DNA of 64,000 nucleotides from a virus, in IMG/VR virus record IMGVR_UViG_3300032286_000547, positions 32,001-96,000 of that record; one strand, written 5' to 3'. This document shows positions 19,600-28,484 of the stretch, piece by piece. A program made the translations under genes and the position numbers. Under the pieces are notes generated by a model. It ran no database searches and had not been told where the DNA came from. It was given only the letters and a program-made list of their open reading frames with translations. Each line of letters opens with the position of its first letter. Positions within the stretch are counted from its first letter, which is position 1.

Positions 19600-21564
19600 A
19601 TGGCACTAAAGTATTGGTATGTAGCAGGTAATGGAAGTTCAAACTTCAATACAGCAGGGGTGTGGTATAATGGACCTGGAGGCACAGGTGGCACTACAAC
19701 TACGCCTACTGCTGCTGATGATGCTATTGTTAATGCTGCTTCAGGTAGTGGTACATTAACTATTACAGCTACTGCAACTATTAATAGTTTAAATACTAAG
19801 ACTTTTACAGGGACATTAGCTGGAACAAACGCACTAAATATAACAACTACAACTTTACCAAGTGATAATTATGTACTTCAATTAGGAGGAAATCATACAT
19901 ATAGTGGTACTATAACTTTTAATACTACACTTGATCTTGGTTCATATACTTTATATATAAATTGTAATGGTATATTCCATAAAGGAAATATGACATTTAA
20001 TTCTACAACAGTAAATGCTGAATGGTATAGTTATGATGATATTAATAGTAATCTTGTACCATTAAGAATGACAGGTGCTTTTGGATTAACAAAAGGATAT
20101 GTTGATTGCAATGAATTATATGCAGCAAGTATTTCTACATCTAATTCAAATTTTAGAGGAATTTATGTAGATGATATTTATTTATCAGGATCAGGAACAT
20201 TATTAGTTGCAACAACTCAAACAGGATTAAGTTGGAATTTAACTAATTCAATTCATCTTACAAATACAACAGCAACTGCTAAAGCAATTTCATTTTCAGG
20301 AGTTGCTTATGCTCCAAATTTATATATAGAAGGTTCAGGAGCAAGTTCTACAACTATAACTGTTGCAGTTGCAACAGATGATTATCCAAATGTAATAGTA
20401 TCAAAAACACAGGGAACATTTCTTTTTGGTACAAGTTATATAAGAGACCTTACATTTATAGAAGGATCTACAGTTACTTGGGCAGGAACATCAAATTTAA
20501 CAGTTCATGGGAATGTTACTTTGTGTAATTCTATGTCTATAACAACAAGTAATGCTTTAATATTTCAAGGACCTAATTTAGGTGTTGATAATCAAACTTT
20601 AACTACTTTTGGAAAAACATTTACAGGAACTTTATCTATTAATGATACAGGTTATAATTCTTTAAATCTTACTATAAATGGAAATTATTTAACTACAGGA
20701 ACTATAACTATAACTGCAGCAAATATAGTAACTTTTAATAATTCTATATCATCAAGTAATTCAATAAGTATAAATGGTTCTTCAACAGGTGCATTTCCAA
20801 CTGTTGATTTTAATGGTGGAATATTAACAGCTACAACTTTGTCTATAACAGATGCATTTGTTTATTTAAATAACAGCTTTTTATCAGGTGGATTATCTTT
20901 ATCTACAGGTTCATTACAGCTTCTTACTAATTCTGTACATAGTTTTTTCACATTTACATCATCTTCATCTACTAATGTTAGGTCAATTTTCTTAGGTAAT
21001 AATACAACTATAAATATAAGAGGAAATGTTGCAAATAGTTGGAATACTTCTCAAGGTTTAGCACAAGGTGTTTTACTTTTTAATGCAGGAACATCAACAA
21101 TAAATATAATAGATAATACATCAAGTGCAGCTGTTAGTTTTCAAACAGGAGGAGTTAGTTTTTATAATATTCATTTAAATAGGTCAAATAATTCAATAAA
21201 TCCTCCTCAAATTACTTTTACAGGAGGTTTGTATTGTGTAAATTTTAGAGACTTTACTGTAATGCCCGCAGGAGTTTTTAATTATATTGTTTTTGGTGGT
21301 GGAACTCCTATAGTTTTTTCTGATACATTTCAAGTTGGTAATGACATTAATCCAACTTATATACTCTCGTCAAGTACAACTCCTGTTACTATAACTAAAC
21401 TTAATCCAGGATTAGTTATATGTCCAAGATTATCACTTTATAATATAAATGCTTCTCAAACAAATACTTTTTATGCAATAAAAGGTTCTACTGATAATGG
21501 TGGGAATAATCAATGGATATTTAACACACCACCAAGAAGATTAAGTTCTCTTGGTGCAGGATAA
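19600..21564 (+). CDS. Thr/Ser/Asn/Gly-rich beta-helix-like virion/adhesin protein
   Basis: 654 aa with very few charged residues and repetitive autotransporter-passenger-like strands (TFTGTL, LTING, ITFTGG). The DNA is more AT-rich than its neighbours. Confidence 0.55.
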   Translation: MALKYWYVAGNGSSNFNTAGVWYNGPGGTGGTTTTPTAADDAIVNAASGSGTLTITATATINSLNTKTFTGTLAGTNALNITTTTLPSDNYVLQLGGNHTYSGTITFNTTLDLGSYTLYINCNGIFHKGNMTFNSTTVNAEWYSYDDINSNLVPLRMTGAFGLTKGYVDCNELYAASISTSNSNFRGIYVDDIYLSGSGTLLVATTQTGLSWNLTNSIHLTNTTATAKAISFSGVAYAPNLYIEGSGASSTTITVAVATDDYPNVIVSKTQGTFLFGTSYIRDLTFIEGSTVTWAGTSNLTVHGNVTLCNSMSITTSNALIFQGPNLGVDNQTLTTFGKTFTGTLSINDTGYNSLNLTINGNYLTTGTITITAANIVTFNNSISSSNSISINGSSTGAFPTVDFNGGILTATTLSITDAFVYLNNSFLSGGLSLSTGSLQLLTNSVHSFFTFTSSSSTNVRSIFLGNNTTINIRGNVANSWNTSQGLAQGVLLFNAGTSTINIIDNTSSAAVSFQTGGVSFYNIHLNRSNNSINPPQITFTGGLYCVNFRDFTVMPAGVFNYIVFGGGTPIVFSDTFQVGNDINPTYILSSSTTPVTITKLNPGLVICPRLSLYNINASQTNTFYAIKGSTDNGGNNQWIFNTPPRRLSSLGAG

Positions 21565-21568
21565 TAAT

Positions 21569-21600
21569 AAAAAAGAAGCTCCTAACTAAGGAGCTTTTTT
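21569..21600. terminator. Bidirectional intrinsic terminator between convergent genes
   Basis: An aagctcc-taactaa-ggagctt hairpin flanked by an A-run and a T-run. Confidence 0.8.
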
Positions 21601-24548
21601 ATTTCATCTATCACCATCTCTGGTGTTATGCTCTTCTGACATTCAAACTGTCTCTCTGTTCCTTTATGAACAGGACACCAGTCCCAATCTCCTTTATCAA
21701 ATTTATACTGTGGATCATTCCAACAACCGTGGCATACTCGGTTGTTTGTCACTCTATGGCATTTAAATTCGTGATCTGCATCAGTGAAGTTAGCAATCAT
21801 TATCACTGGCACATCTAGTGCCCATGCTAACCAACTAAGCCCACTAGATAGTCCTATAAAGAATCTACTATTGTATATAACACTCATGGTTGCTGACATA
21901 CTTTTATCAGACAATGGTTGACAGTTATCAAATGGATTATCTTCTAGTGATGTATTGATAACTTTGTATCCTTCTCCATGTAAGTAGTTAATCACTTCTT
22001 GCCATGCTTCTCTGGTCCAGAACTTACATCCTGCTGTACTATTAGTAGCTATAGCAACTTGTCTCATTGCAAGATGCACTCTGCTGTTTACAATCCTTGG
22101 TTTGATTTCTTTATAAGGAAGACCTAGAATGTTTGTAGCTGTCTGCTGTAATGGTATAGTGTTTGGAAGAACAGGTTCTTTGTTTTCATTATAGAACCAA
22201 CCAATCTTATACATTGCATAGATGTTATTCACTGTAGCACCTGGCTCAACAAACTCTAGCATTGGATATTCTTTTTCAAACAAGAAGTTCTTGAATGTAC
22301 TAACAATCACTTCACAGTTGTGTGCACATCTAAACTCTTCTACGTATGGTATCCAAGCTATTGTATCTCCTAAAGAAGAACTATCGAATGCAATATAAAC
22401 TCTTCTACCATCTAGATTTAAAAGTTTATCATACACCTTCTCTCCATCTTTATACACCACAGTCTTCCACTGTGTATAATACTCTCTGTTTAGTCTTATC
22501 CAGTGATTACATTTGATTGTGTCACTATGAACCAACACATCACCATCATAAAACTCTACACGAAAGTCACTAGTAGATGTTCCTGTTATCTCCAAGAATG
22601 GTTGTCCAACGAAGTGTTGTGTTATATTCCAATCATTTACACTGTTTTTGTGTGGAATAACGGACATTGCTTTCTTATATAGATTCAAATTATTCTTAGC
22701 AAAGAATATAGATGGATTATCAAGTGGCATAGGATAATTGTTAGGAGATGTTAACATATCTCTTATCTGTGGTACTATCATAATAGGGTTTAGGTTTCTT
22801 ATATAATCAGTGAACATGTCATAATATTGAATAAGGTTTCTAGCTAGTATAGGTTTGCCATAACTAATGGCTTCTCTAAGAACAAGAGGATTACATTCCC
22901 ATGTAGAGTTAAACATAAACAAGTCTGCAGCTTTCATAAATAAATCTGTATCATTTCTCTCTCCCCATACAGTAACATTATCAGGAACATTGTTCATTAA
23001 TGGTTCCCAATAGTCTTTGAAGTTCCCAGCTTGGTTACCTACAAAGTGAAACTCTACATCTGGTATCTGTCTAGCTGCTTCTAATCCTTCTCCCTGGTTC
23101 TTTCCTCTGGTCCAAAGTCCTATGTTTACAACATGTTTCTTTGTTACATCCATTCCAAGAGTTATTTGTGCAGCAGTTTGTTCAGCTTTACTTACATGAG
23201 TATAATCTATAGGATATTCAATCACTTCTTTATATCCATCAAGGTTAGCAAATGTATCTACATGATAAGGTGTACAGAATGCATATGCATCTGGTGTAAA
23301 CATCTTAGTCTCTGGTACAAAAGAAACATCATGACATGTCTCAACTATTCTATATGTTCTATCATCAGCATACAGTCTAGTGATCATCTCTCTATCCATT
23401 CTCTCAGACATTTCATCTATATGAATGATGTCTGGTCTGAATTCATTTATGATGCAAAATAGTTCTGTTTTATCCTCATATAATGTGAATACAGGTACAA
23501 TATCTAAGATTTGGTTCCTTTGTACAACAAAATCCACACTATAACATTGATATTCCACTACAATTATTTCTACATCTGTATAATCTTTCAATGTTTGTAT
23601 TCTTTTTAGAAGAAACTGAGGCATACCACCTGTTGACAGATGGGGAGCAAGGAACATTATTTTAATAGGTTTAGACATTTTAGACATTAGTTTAGACATT
23701 GCTACAGGATCTTTTTCTCCATGTAAGAAGAATAATTGATCCTCACTAGCTGGTAACTTAAACCATGATTCTAAATAACTTCCCCAGTTATCTTCATTAT
23801 ATATTCTATCAAACTTATCAAGGCTAGCATTAGTGTATATATAAGGAAGACTATCTAAGAACTTATGTTTCCATAACAACACATTCACTATTGTCTCTTC
23901 GTGATAGGGAGCATAGTATTGTGGATCTTTTAGTATCTTTGGATGATTGCACATCCAACTCCACTCATTTAAGAATGGTATAGTGTTCTGACCAGCTACA
24001 AAATAACCAGTTTGTCTATACTTGTCTCTAATAGATTGATCTACATTAAACAATTCACATGCTGGAGCTTCAAGACTCTTGTGTAAGTTCTCTCTTCCAA
24101 TTACAACACCTCTACCATTCATTAATAGATAATCATATATACCTTCTGTGAAATACGGAAACTCAGAATCTGTAGGATAGTAGTTGAATATTCTATCTAC
24201 ATACTTAGTTGCTACACTGTCAGAATCTACATAACAGATTGTCTCAGCAAATCTTTCAAGAGCATCTTTAACTATAAGAGGTCTTTGTATTAATAGATTG
24301 TATATTCTAGAATCATCTCTATCTATATAAGATGATTTTGGTACATCTTCTACATCACATTTCCAGTAGACAGTGTTAGCTCCAGGAACCTCACTATAAT
24401 CATTTAACATGTACACTGTAATTGGTACATCACTAAACTGTTGAATACTTTCTACAGCCATACATACAGTGCTGTAATAAGATGCATTTGCATATAAAAC
24501 ATACATTCTATCTGCTTTTCTATTTGTGTGTGTAAAACTAGAAGACAT
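21582..24548 (-). CDS. Three-domain glycosyltransferase: GT-A (DxD) + GT4-like GT-B + Aah/TibC-type protein O-heptosyltransferase domain
   Basis: The N-terminal part has YVDSD and HEET..N. The middle has HLSTGGMP, GLWTRGKNQ and ADLFMFNSTWECNPLVLREA. The C-terminal part has SSSLGDTIAW, FIGLSSGLSWLAWAL and the four-Cys CHGCWN...WCP...RQFEC iron-finger motif. Confidence 0.8.
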   Translation of the reverse strand: MSSSFTHTNRKADRMYVLYANASYYSTVCMAVESIQQFSDVPITVYMLNDYSEVPGANTVYWKCDVEDVPKSSYIDRDDSRIYNLLIQRPLIVKDALERFAETICYVDSDSVATKYVDRIFNYYPTDSEFPYFTEGIYDYLLMNGRGVVIGRENLHKSLEAPACELFNVDQSIRDKYRQTGYFVAGQNTIPFLNEWSWMCNHPKILKDPQYYAPYHEETIVNVLLWKHKFLDSLPYIYTNASLDKFDRIYNEDNWGSYLESWFKLPASEDQLFFLHGEKDPVAMSKLMSKMSKPIKIMFLAPHLSTGGMPQFLLKRIQTLKDYTDVEIIVVEYQCYSVDFVVQRNQILDIVPVFTLYEDKTELFCIINEFRPDIIHIDEMSERMDREMITRLYADDRTYRIVETCHDVSFVPETKMFTPDAYAFCTPYHVDTFANLDGYKEVIEYPIDYTHVSKAEQTAAQITLGMDVTKKHVVNIGLWTRGKNQGEGLEAARQIPDVEFHFVGNQAGNFKDYWEPLMNNVPDNVTVWGERNDTDLFMKAADLFMFNSTWECNPLVLREAISYGKPILARNLIQYYDMFTDYIRNLNPIMIVPQIRDMLTSPNNYPMPLDNPSIFFAKNNLNLYKKAMSVIPHKNSVNDWNITQHFVGQPFLEITGTSTSDFRVEFYDGDVLVHSDTIKCNHWIRLNREYYTQWKTVVYKDGEKVYDKLLNLDGRRVYIAFDSSSLGDTIAWIPYVEEFRCAHNCEVIVSTFKNFLFEKEYPMLEFVEPGATVNNIYAMYKIGWFYNENKEPVLPNTIPLQQTATNILGLPYKEIKPRIVNSRVHLAMRQVAIATNSTAGCKFWTREAWQEVINYLHGEGYKVINTSLEDNPFDNCQPLSDKSMSATMSVIYNSRFFIGLSSGLSWLAWALDVPVIMIANFTDADHEFKCHRVTNNRVCHGCWNDPQYKFDKGDWDWCPVHKGTERQFECQKSITPEMVIDEIKKLLS

Positions 24549-24567
24549 AGTGTTGATTTTTAAGAAT

Positions 24568-24575
24568 CAAAGGTA
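24568..24575 (-). promoter_or_regulatory. Bacteroidota-type -7 promoter element (TACCTTTG) for the glycosyltransferase gene
   Basis: caaaggta on the + strand, about 20 bp upstream of ATG 24548. Confidence 0.55.
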
Positions 24576-24596
24576 TGAAAAATATATTTATCTTAT

Positions 24597-24659
24597 GCTA
24601 TATTATGCTGAAAATATATTTTTACCTATTTATTATTCCAAATATAAATTTTATATTTG
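24597..24659 (+). promoter_or_regulatory. Putative promoter of the lysis cassette: GCTATATTAT box plus TATATTTG
   Basis: Same two motifs and the same 55-bp offset as at 15919-15981. Confidence 0.6.
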
Positions 24660-24730
24660 CTTGATATAATGGTATAATCATTGCATCGTTGCATCTATGC
24701 ATTCGTGTGCTATACTAATCCTTAATCCTT

Positions 24731-25048
24731 ATGGAAAACGCATTTGAATCACAAGTTGAAAAAGAATTGAAAAGCATGGATCAAAGACTTTACGATCTAG
24801 AGGAGAAAATGACTTCTATAGATAGCAAATTAACACAAGTAGTGGATGCAATATTAGGAAATGCTCTTACTAAAACAGGAGGATTTGTTGCAGACATAAC
24901 TGAGCTTAAAGAAAGAATCAAAGATTTAGAACACAAACTTGAAAAGCAAGAAGAGTTCAAGAAACGATTTACCTGGACTGTAGGTATAATCATAGGAATA
25001 GGTGTCTTATTACAATACGCATCTACACTATATAGAAACATTAGATAA
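24731..25048 (+). CDS. Coiled-coil protein with a C-terminal TM helix (holin/antiholin-like)
   Basis: A heptad-rich N-terminus and a hydrophobic WTVGIIIGIGVLLQY segment. It is the first gene of the lysis cassette. Confidence 0.5.
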   Translation: MENAFESQVEKELKSMDQRLYDLEEKMTSIDSKLTQVVDAILGNALTKTGGFVADITELKERIKDLEHKLEKQEEFKKRFTWTVGIIIGIGVLLQYASTLYRNIR

Positions 25049-25049
25049 A

Positions 25050-25253
25050 ATGAGTAGAGGAGAAAAAATAGATATTTTTTTAAACAAATGGGTGAGCAGA
25101 AAACTCACTGTATTTGTTGTAGCATCTTTTGGCCTTTTTTCTGGAAATCTAACTTCAGATAATTGGGTAATTTTAGCAACTGCTTATATATCTATAGAAG
25201 GTGCTACGAACATAGTTGAGCGTTTAATGAAAGCTAAAGGAACTACAGTATGA
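25050..25253 (+). CDS. Putative holin
   Basis: Likely start MSRGEK at 25050. It has an SRKL motif, two hydrophobic segments and a basic C-terminus, upstream of the endolysin. Confidence 0.6.
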   Translation: MSRGEKIDIFLNKWVSRKLTVFVVASFGLFSGNLTSDNWVILATAYISIEGATNIVERLMKAKGTTV

Positions 25254-25576
25254 TCTTAGCAAAGTTTCTTGATAGTCTTGAAAAACAATGGCTTGCTGTA
25301 GTGGTAGCTGCATTGTGGCTATTCAGCTACACTGCTAACCAAGAGAAGAATAATGCTTTGCTTGAACAAACTAAGAATCTAGAGATACAGATTTTAGAAC
25401 TTGAAAAGAAAGATGATGCATCTGCTAAGGTGATCGATAGCTTGTCTAAAATAGATACAGTGATTGTAAACAGAATCAAAACCATTAAACAAAAAGAATA
25501 TGTACAGATTAAAGTTATTGATAGTCTTCCTATTAGTGGGCTTCAACAGTATTTCACAGACAATTACAAAAGATAG
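25250..25576 (+). CDS. Putative inner-membrane spanin (Rz-like)
   Basis: An N-terminal TM helix followed by coiled coil. It overlaps the next gene in another frame within the lysis cassette. Confidence 0.5.
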   Translation: MILAKFLDSLEKQWLAVVVAALWLFSYTANQEKNNALLEQTKNLEIQILELEKKDDASAKVIDSLSKIDTVIVNRIKTIKQKEYVQIKVIDSLPISGLQQYFTDNYKR

Positions 25577-25970
25577 CGTTGTTGTTTTAACAGAAAACCA
25601 AGCTAGAGCTGTTGTTACTGATCTTGTACGTTATGATTTTGCTAAACAAATCATCAAAGAACAAGAAGCTAGAATCAAAAACTTTGAGAAGAAGGAGCTT
25701 GAATTCAAGAATCAATTAGATATAAAAGATTCTATCATCTTCCATCAAAAAGAAATGATTGATATCCATAAAGAGATCATCAAGAGTAAGAAACCTTTTG
25801 AATTTCATGGTTATGCTGGTGTTCAATCAACAAGATTTACATTAAGAGAACCTACATTATATACAAACCTAATGCTTGAATTCACAAGATTCAATGTAGG
25901 AGCTCAATACTTTGTACAACCTAATAACCCTCCAGGTTATAGTGTTGTTCTAGAATATAAATTATTTTAA
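25500..25970 (+). CDS. Putative outer-membrane spanin partner (signal peptide, coiled coil, beta-strand C-terminus)
   Basis: A signal peptide without a lipobox Cys, then coiled coil, then amphipathic strands ending YKLF. Confidence 0.4.
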   Translation: MYRLKLLIVFLLVGFNSISQTITKDSVVVLTENQARAVVTDLVRYDFAKQIIKEQEARIKNFEKKELEFKNQLDIKDSIIFHQKEMIDIHKEIIKSKKPFEFHGYAGVQSTRFTLREPTLYTNLMLEFTRFNVGAQYFVQPNNPPGYSVVLEYKLF

Positions 25971-25981
25971 ACCAAATAATA

Positions 25982-26410
25982 ATGGTAACAAGTGCACAGT
26001 GCTTAAAGAAGTGGGGTGATCCTGCTTTAACTGAGAACGAATTAAAATATATGACTGTATGGGATGTACCTACTAATTTAGAGATAGGTGTTATTCCAAA
26101 AAAGTTATACTGTAATAAAATAATGGTAGCTCCTCTATCTCAAGCTTTCACAAATCTTATAGATAGAAACTTTGTTAAAGAGTTGAAAACATTCGATGGA
26201 TGTTTCAATGTAAGAAGAAAGAGAGGACTAACTACAATGTCTTTACATTCCTGGGGGATAGCAATTGATGTTAATGCTGCTTGGAATGGATTACATAAAA
26301 CTCCACAACTATCTGCAGGATTTGTAAAATGTTTTACAGATGCTGGATTTGAATGGGGAGGTACGTGGAAAAGAAAAGATGGAATGCACTTCCAATTAAA
26401 ATCTATATAA
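25982..26410 (+). CDS. Endolysin, M15 family L-Ala-D-Glu peptidase-like
   Basis: R...SLHSWGIAIDVN, WGGTW and DGMHFQ zinc-peptidase motifs. Confidence 0.85.
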   Translation: MVTSAQCLKKWGDPALTENELKYMTVWDVPTNLEIGVIPKKLYCNKIMVAPLSQAFTNLIDRNFVKELKTFDGCFNVRRKRGLTTMSLHSWGIAIDVNAAWNGLHKTPQLSAGFVKCFTDAGFEWGGTWKRKDGMHFQLKSI

Positions 26411-26411
26411 C

Positions 26412-26549
26412 ATGGCAAAAGTAACCAACATAGTAGAGAAGATATCTAAACCTAAAATCAGTAGACCAGGTGTACATGCTAAATCTCAAACATCTAACTT
26501 GAAATCATCTAAAAACTATAAGAAATTATATAGAGGACAAGGTAAATAA
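26412..26549 (+). CDS. Small basic protein (45 aa; not in the ORF track)
   Basis: Manual translation gives MAKVTNIVEKISKPKISRPGVHAKSQTSNLKSSKNYKKLYRGQGK. The C-terminal YRGQG motif is common in small phage proteins. Confidence 0.7.
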   Translation: MAKVTNIVEKISKPKISRPGVHAKSQTSNLKSSKNYKKLYRGQGK

Positions 26550-26570
26550 CTAAATTAGTTATTTTAATTT

Positions 26571-26612
26571 TGGTGAAAATCACTTACTTATGGTGAAAAA
26601 CACTTATTTTTG
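26571..26612 (+). promoter_or_regulatory. Tandem 16-bp operator-like repeat abutting a TAnnTTTG element
   Basis: TGGTGAAAATCACTTA and TGGTGAAAAACACTTA at 20-bp period, with TATTTTTG at 26605-26612 before ATG 26636. Confidence 0.5.
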
Positions 26613-26635
26613 TATAATAAATAAAATTTAAAGAA

Positions 26636-27649
26636 ATGGCTATACCATCTAGACAGATAGGCTGGGGAACAGAAGAAAATCTGTTATGGCAAATCTCTAA
26701 GCAATTAGAGAGATTAACACAGGTGACAGGAAATAGTGTAAGTGGATCTCAAACACTTGCACAAACACTTGTTACTGGAAACAATACAGGTGGGAATGAT
26801 ATACTATTAAATAGTACTGATGCAATACAGTTAGAAAATAATTCATCACTTAGAAAAGGAACTTATGATTTTGGTCAAGGTGGTGGTGTTTCACGTATAT
26901 GTGGTGTAGACTATGAAGATATGTGGCAAGGTGGAATTAGACACGTATTTGATTCCAATGGATTTATAAGAAATTCAACTAACTGCTTTAATATTATACC
27001 TAATTCAAGTTTTGATGATACTTTAAGATTTAAAATTGGTTCATTTTGGACTTTGGATGATGGTACTACTTATGAATGTACTAATGCAACAACAGGAGCT
27101 GCTGTTTGGCAATTATATTCTACACCTCCTAAGTATAAGGTGTTCACAGCTTTATTAACACAGAGTGGAGGAAATAATCCTGACACTATACCAGGCAACG
27201 GTGGAACGCTTGATGCTGGATATACTTATTTAATAATAGACAATCCAGATAATTATGATTTAACATTATATGGTGCACCAAATAACTTACCTGGAACATA
27301 TTTTATTTGTGCCAATTCTATTCTTAATCTTCCTTATACTAACAGTCTACAAATAGGAGTTAATTATGGTGCTCCAGTAGCAACTGTATTAGAGAACACT
27401 ATTGGGAATGTTTGGTTTACTTATGATGGTGTTGGTAACTATTCAGTTAAATCTAGTAATTTATTTTTAGAAAATAAAACAACACTAAGTATTAATCTAA
27501 TGGGTGATGATGTAGGTACTGGTTATATATGTTTAGGATATATTAATACTACAGAATCATTAGGTATTACAACAGGTACAGAAATAGGCGGCTCACAAGA
27601 CAATGTTTTAACATGGAAAACACCAATAGAAATAAGAGTTTATAATTAA
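26636..27649 (+). CDS. Putative virion decoration/fibre protein (anchor type A)
   Basis: N-terminal MAIPSRQIGW...NLLWQISKQLE.LT is shared with 27660. The C-terminal YKV..ALLTQSG...LENTIG...IEIRVY module is typical of phage fibres. Confidence 0.55.
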   Translation: MAIPSRQIGWGTEENLLWQISKQLERLTQVTGNSVSGSQTLAQTLVTGNNTGGNDILLNSTDAIQLENNSSLRKGTYDFGQGGGVSRICGVDYEDMWQGGIRHVFDSNGFIRNSTNCFNIIPNSSFDDTLRFKIGSFWTLDDGTTYECTNATTGAAVWQLYSTPPKYKVFTALLTQSGGNNPDTIPGNGGTLDAGYTYLIIDNPDNYDLTLYGAPNNLPGTYFICANSILNLPYTNSLQIGVNYGAPVATVLENTIGNVWFTYDGVGNYSVKSSNLFLENKTTLSINLMGDDVGTGYICLGYINTTESLGITTGTEIGGSQDNVLTWKTPIEIRVYN

Positions 27650-27659
27650 TAAATAAAAC

Positions 27660-28442
27660 ATGGCAATACCTAGTAGACAAATAGGATGGAGTGGAAGAGC
27701 TAACTTACTTTGGCAGATATCTAAACAATTAGAATATCTAACATGTGTAGCAGCTGGTGGATGTACAACTACTACATCTACTACCACTATTGCTCCTACC
27801 ACCACCACAACAACTACAATTTGTGTAGACTTTATTAATAGTATTGTTATTTCTGGTGGTTCATACACTGCTGCTAATGGAACTTATACAAGAGATACTC
27901 CTTCAGGATCTTTTACATTAACAGGTGGAGGTGGTGCTATATTCTTTGGTGGAGATGCTTGGTATATTTTTAATGCTACAATTGGAAATGTTGCAATAAA
28001 TACATCTACACTAGGAACTGGAACATGGGAACCTTTTGCTCCTGGAAATTCATCAGGAATTACTGCAGAGTATTTTTATTATACTTGTCCAACCACTACA
28101 ACCACAACTAGTAGTAGTTCTTCAACAACTTCTACTACTAGCACTACTACAACTGTAGCTCCAACTACTACTACAACAACTACAGTTATATATTCATTTA
28201 ATGTTACGCAATGTTGTGGAGGAACTGGTATTACAGTATATTCAGCTTCACCATCAATAACAGTAGGTGCATATTTATATACAAACTCAGGACTAACTGT
28301 TCCGTTTGTTAATGAACAAGGTGACGGTGCTCCTAACAGAATTGGTTTTGAGAATACTTGTGATGTTTCTTTTAGTGACGCATTTTTTACATATAATACA
28401 GGATACGTTTATACCATTAATGGTGGCGGTGGTTGCGACTAA
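27660..28442 (+). CDS. Thr-rich mucin-like virion protein (anchor type A)
   Basis: Same N-terminus as 26636, with two poly-Thr/Ser linkers and a Cys-containing C-terminal domain. Confidence 0.55.
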   Translation: MAIPSRQIGWSGRANLLWQISKQLEYLTCVAAGGCTTTTSTTTIAPTTTTTTTICVDFINSIVISGGSYTAANGTYTRDTPSGSFTLTGGGGAIFFGGDAWYIFNATIGNVAINTSTLGTGTWEPFAPGNSSGITAEYFYYTCPTTTTTTSSSSSTTSTTSTTTTVAPTTTTTTTVIYSFNVTQCCGGTGITVYSASPSITVGAYLYTNSGLTVPFVNEQGDGAPNRIGFENTCDVSFSDAFFTYNTGYVYTINGGGGCD

Positions 28443-28484
28443 TAACAAACAAAAAATAAATAATTATATTAAACCAACTACATT

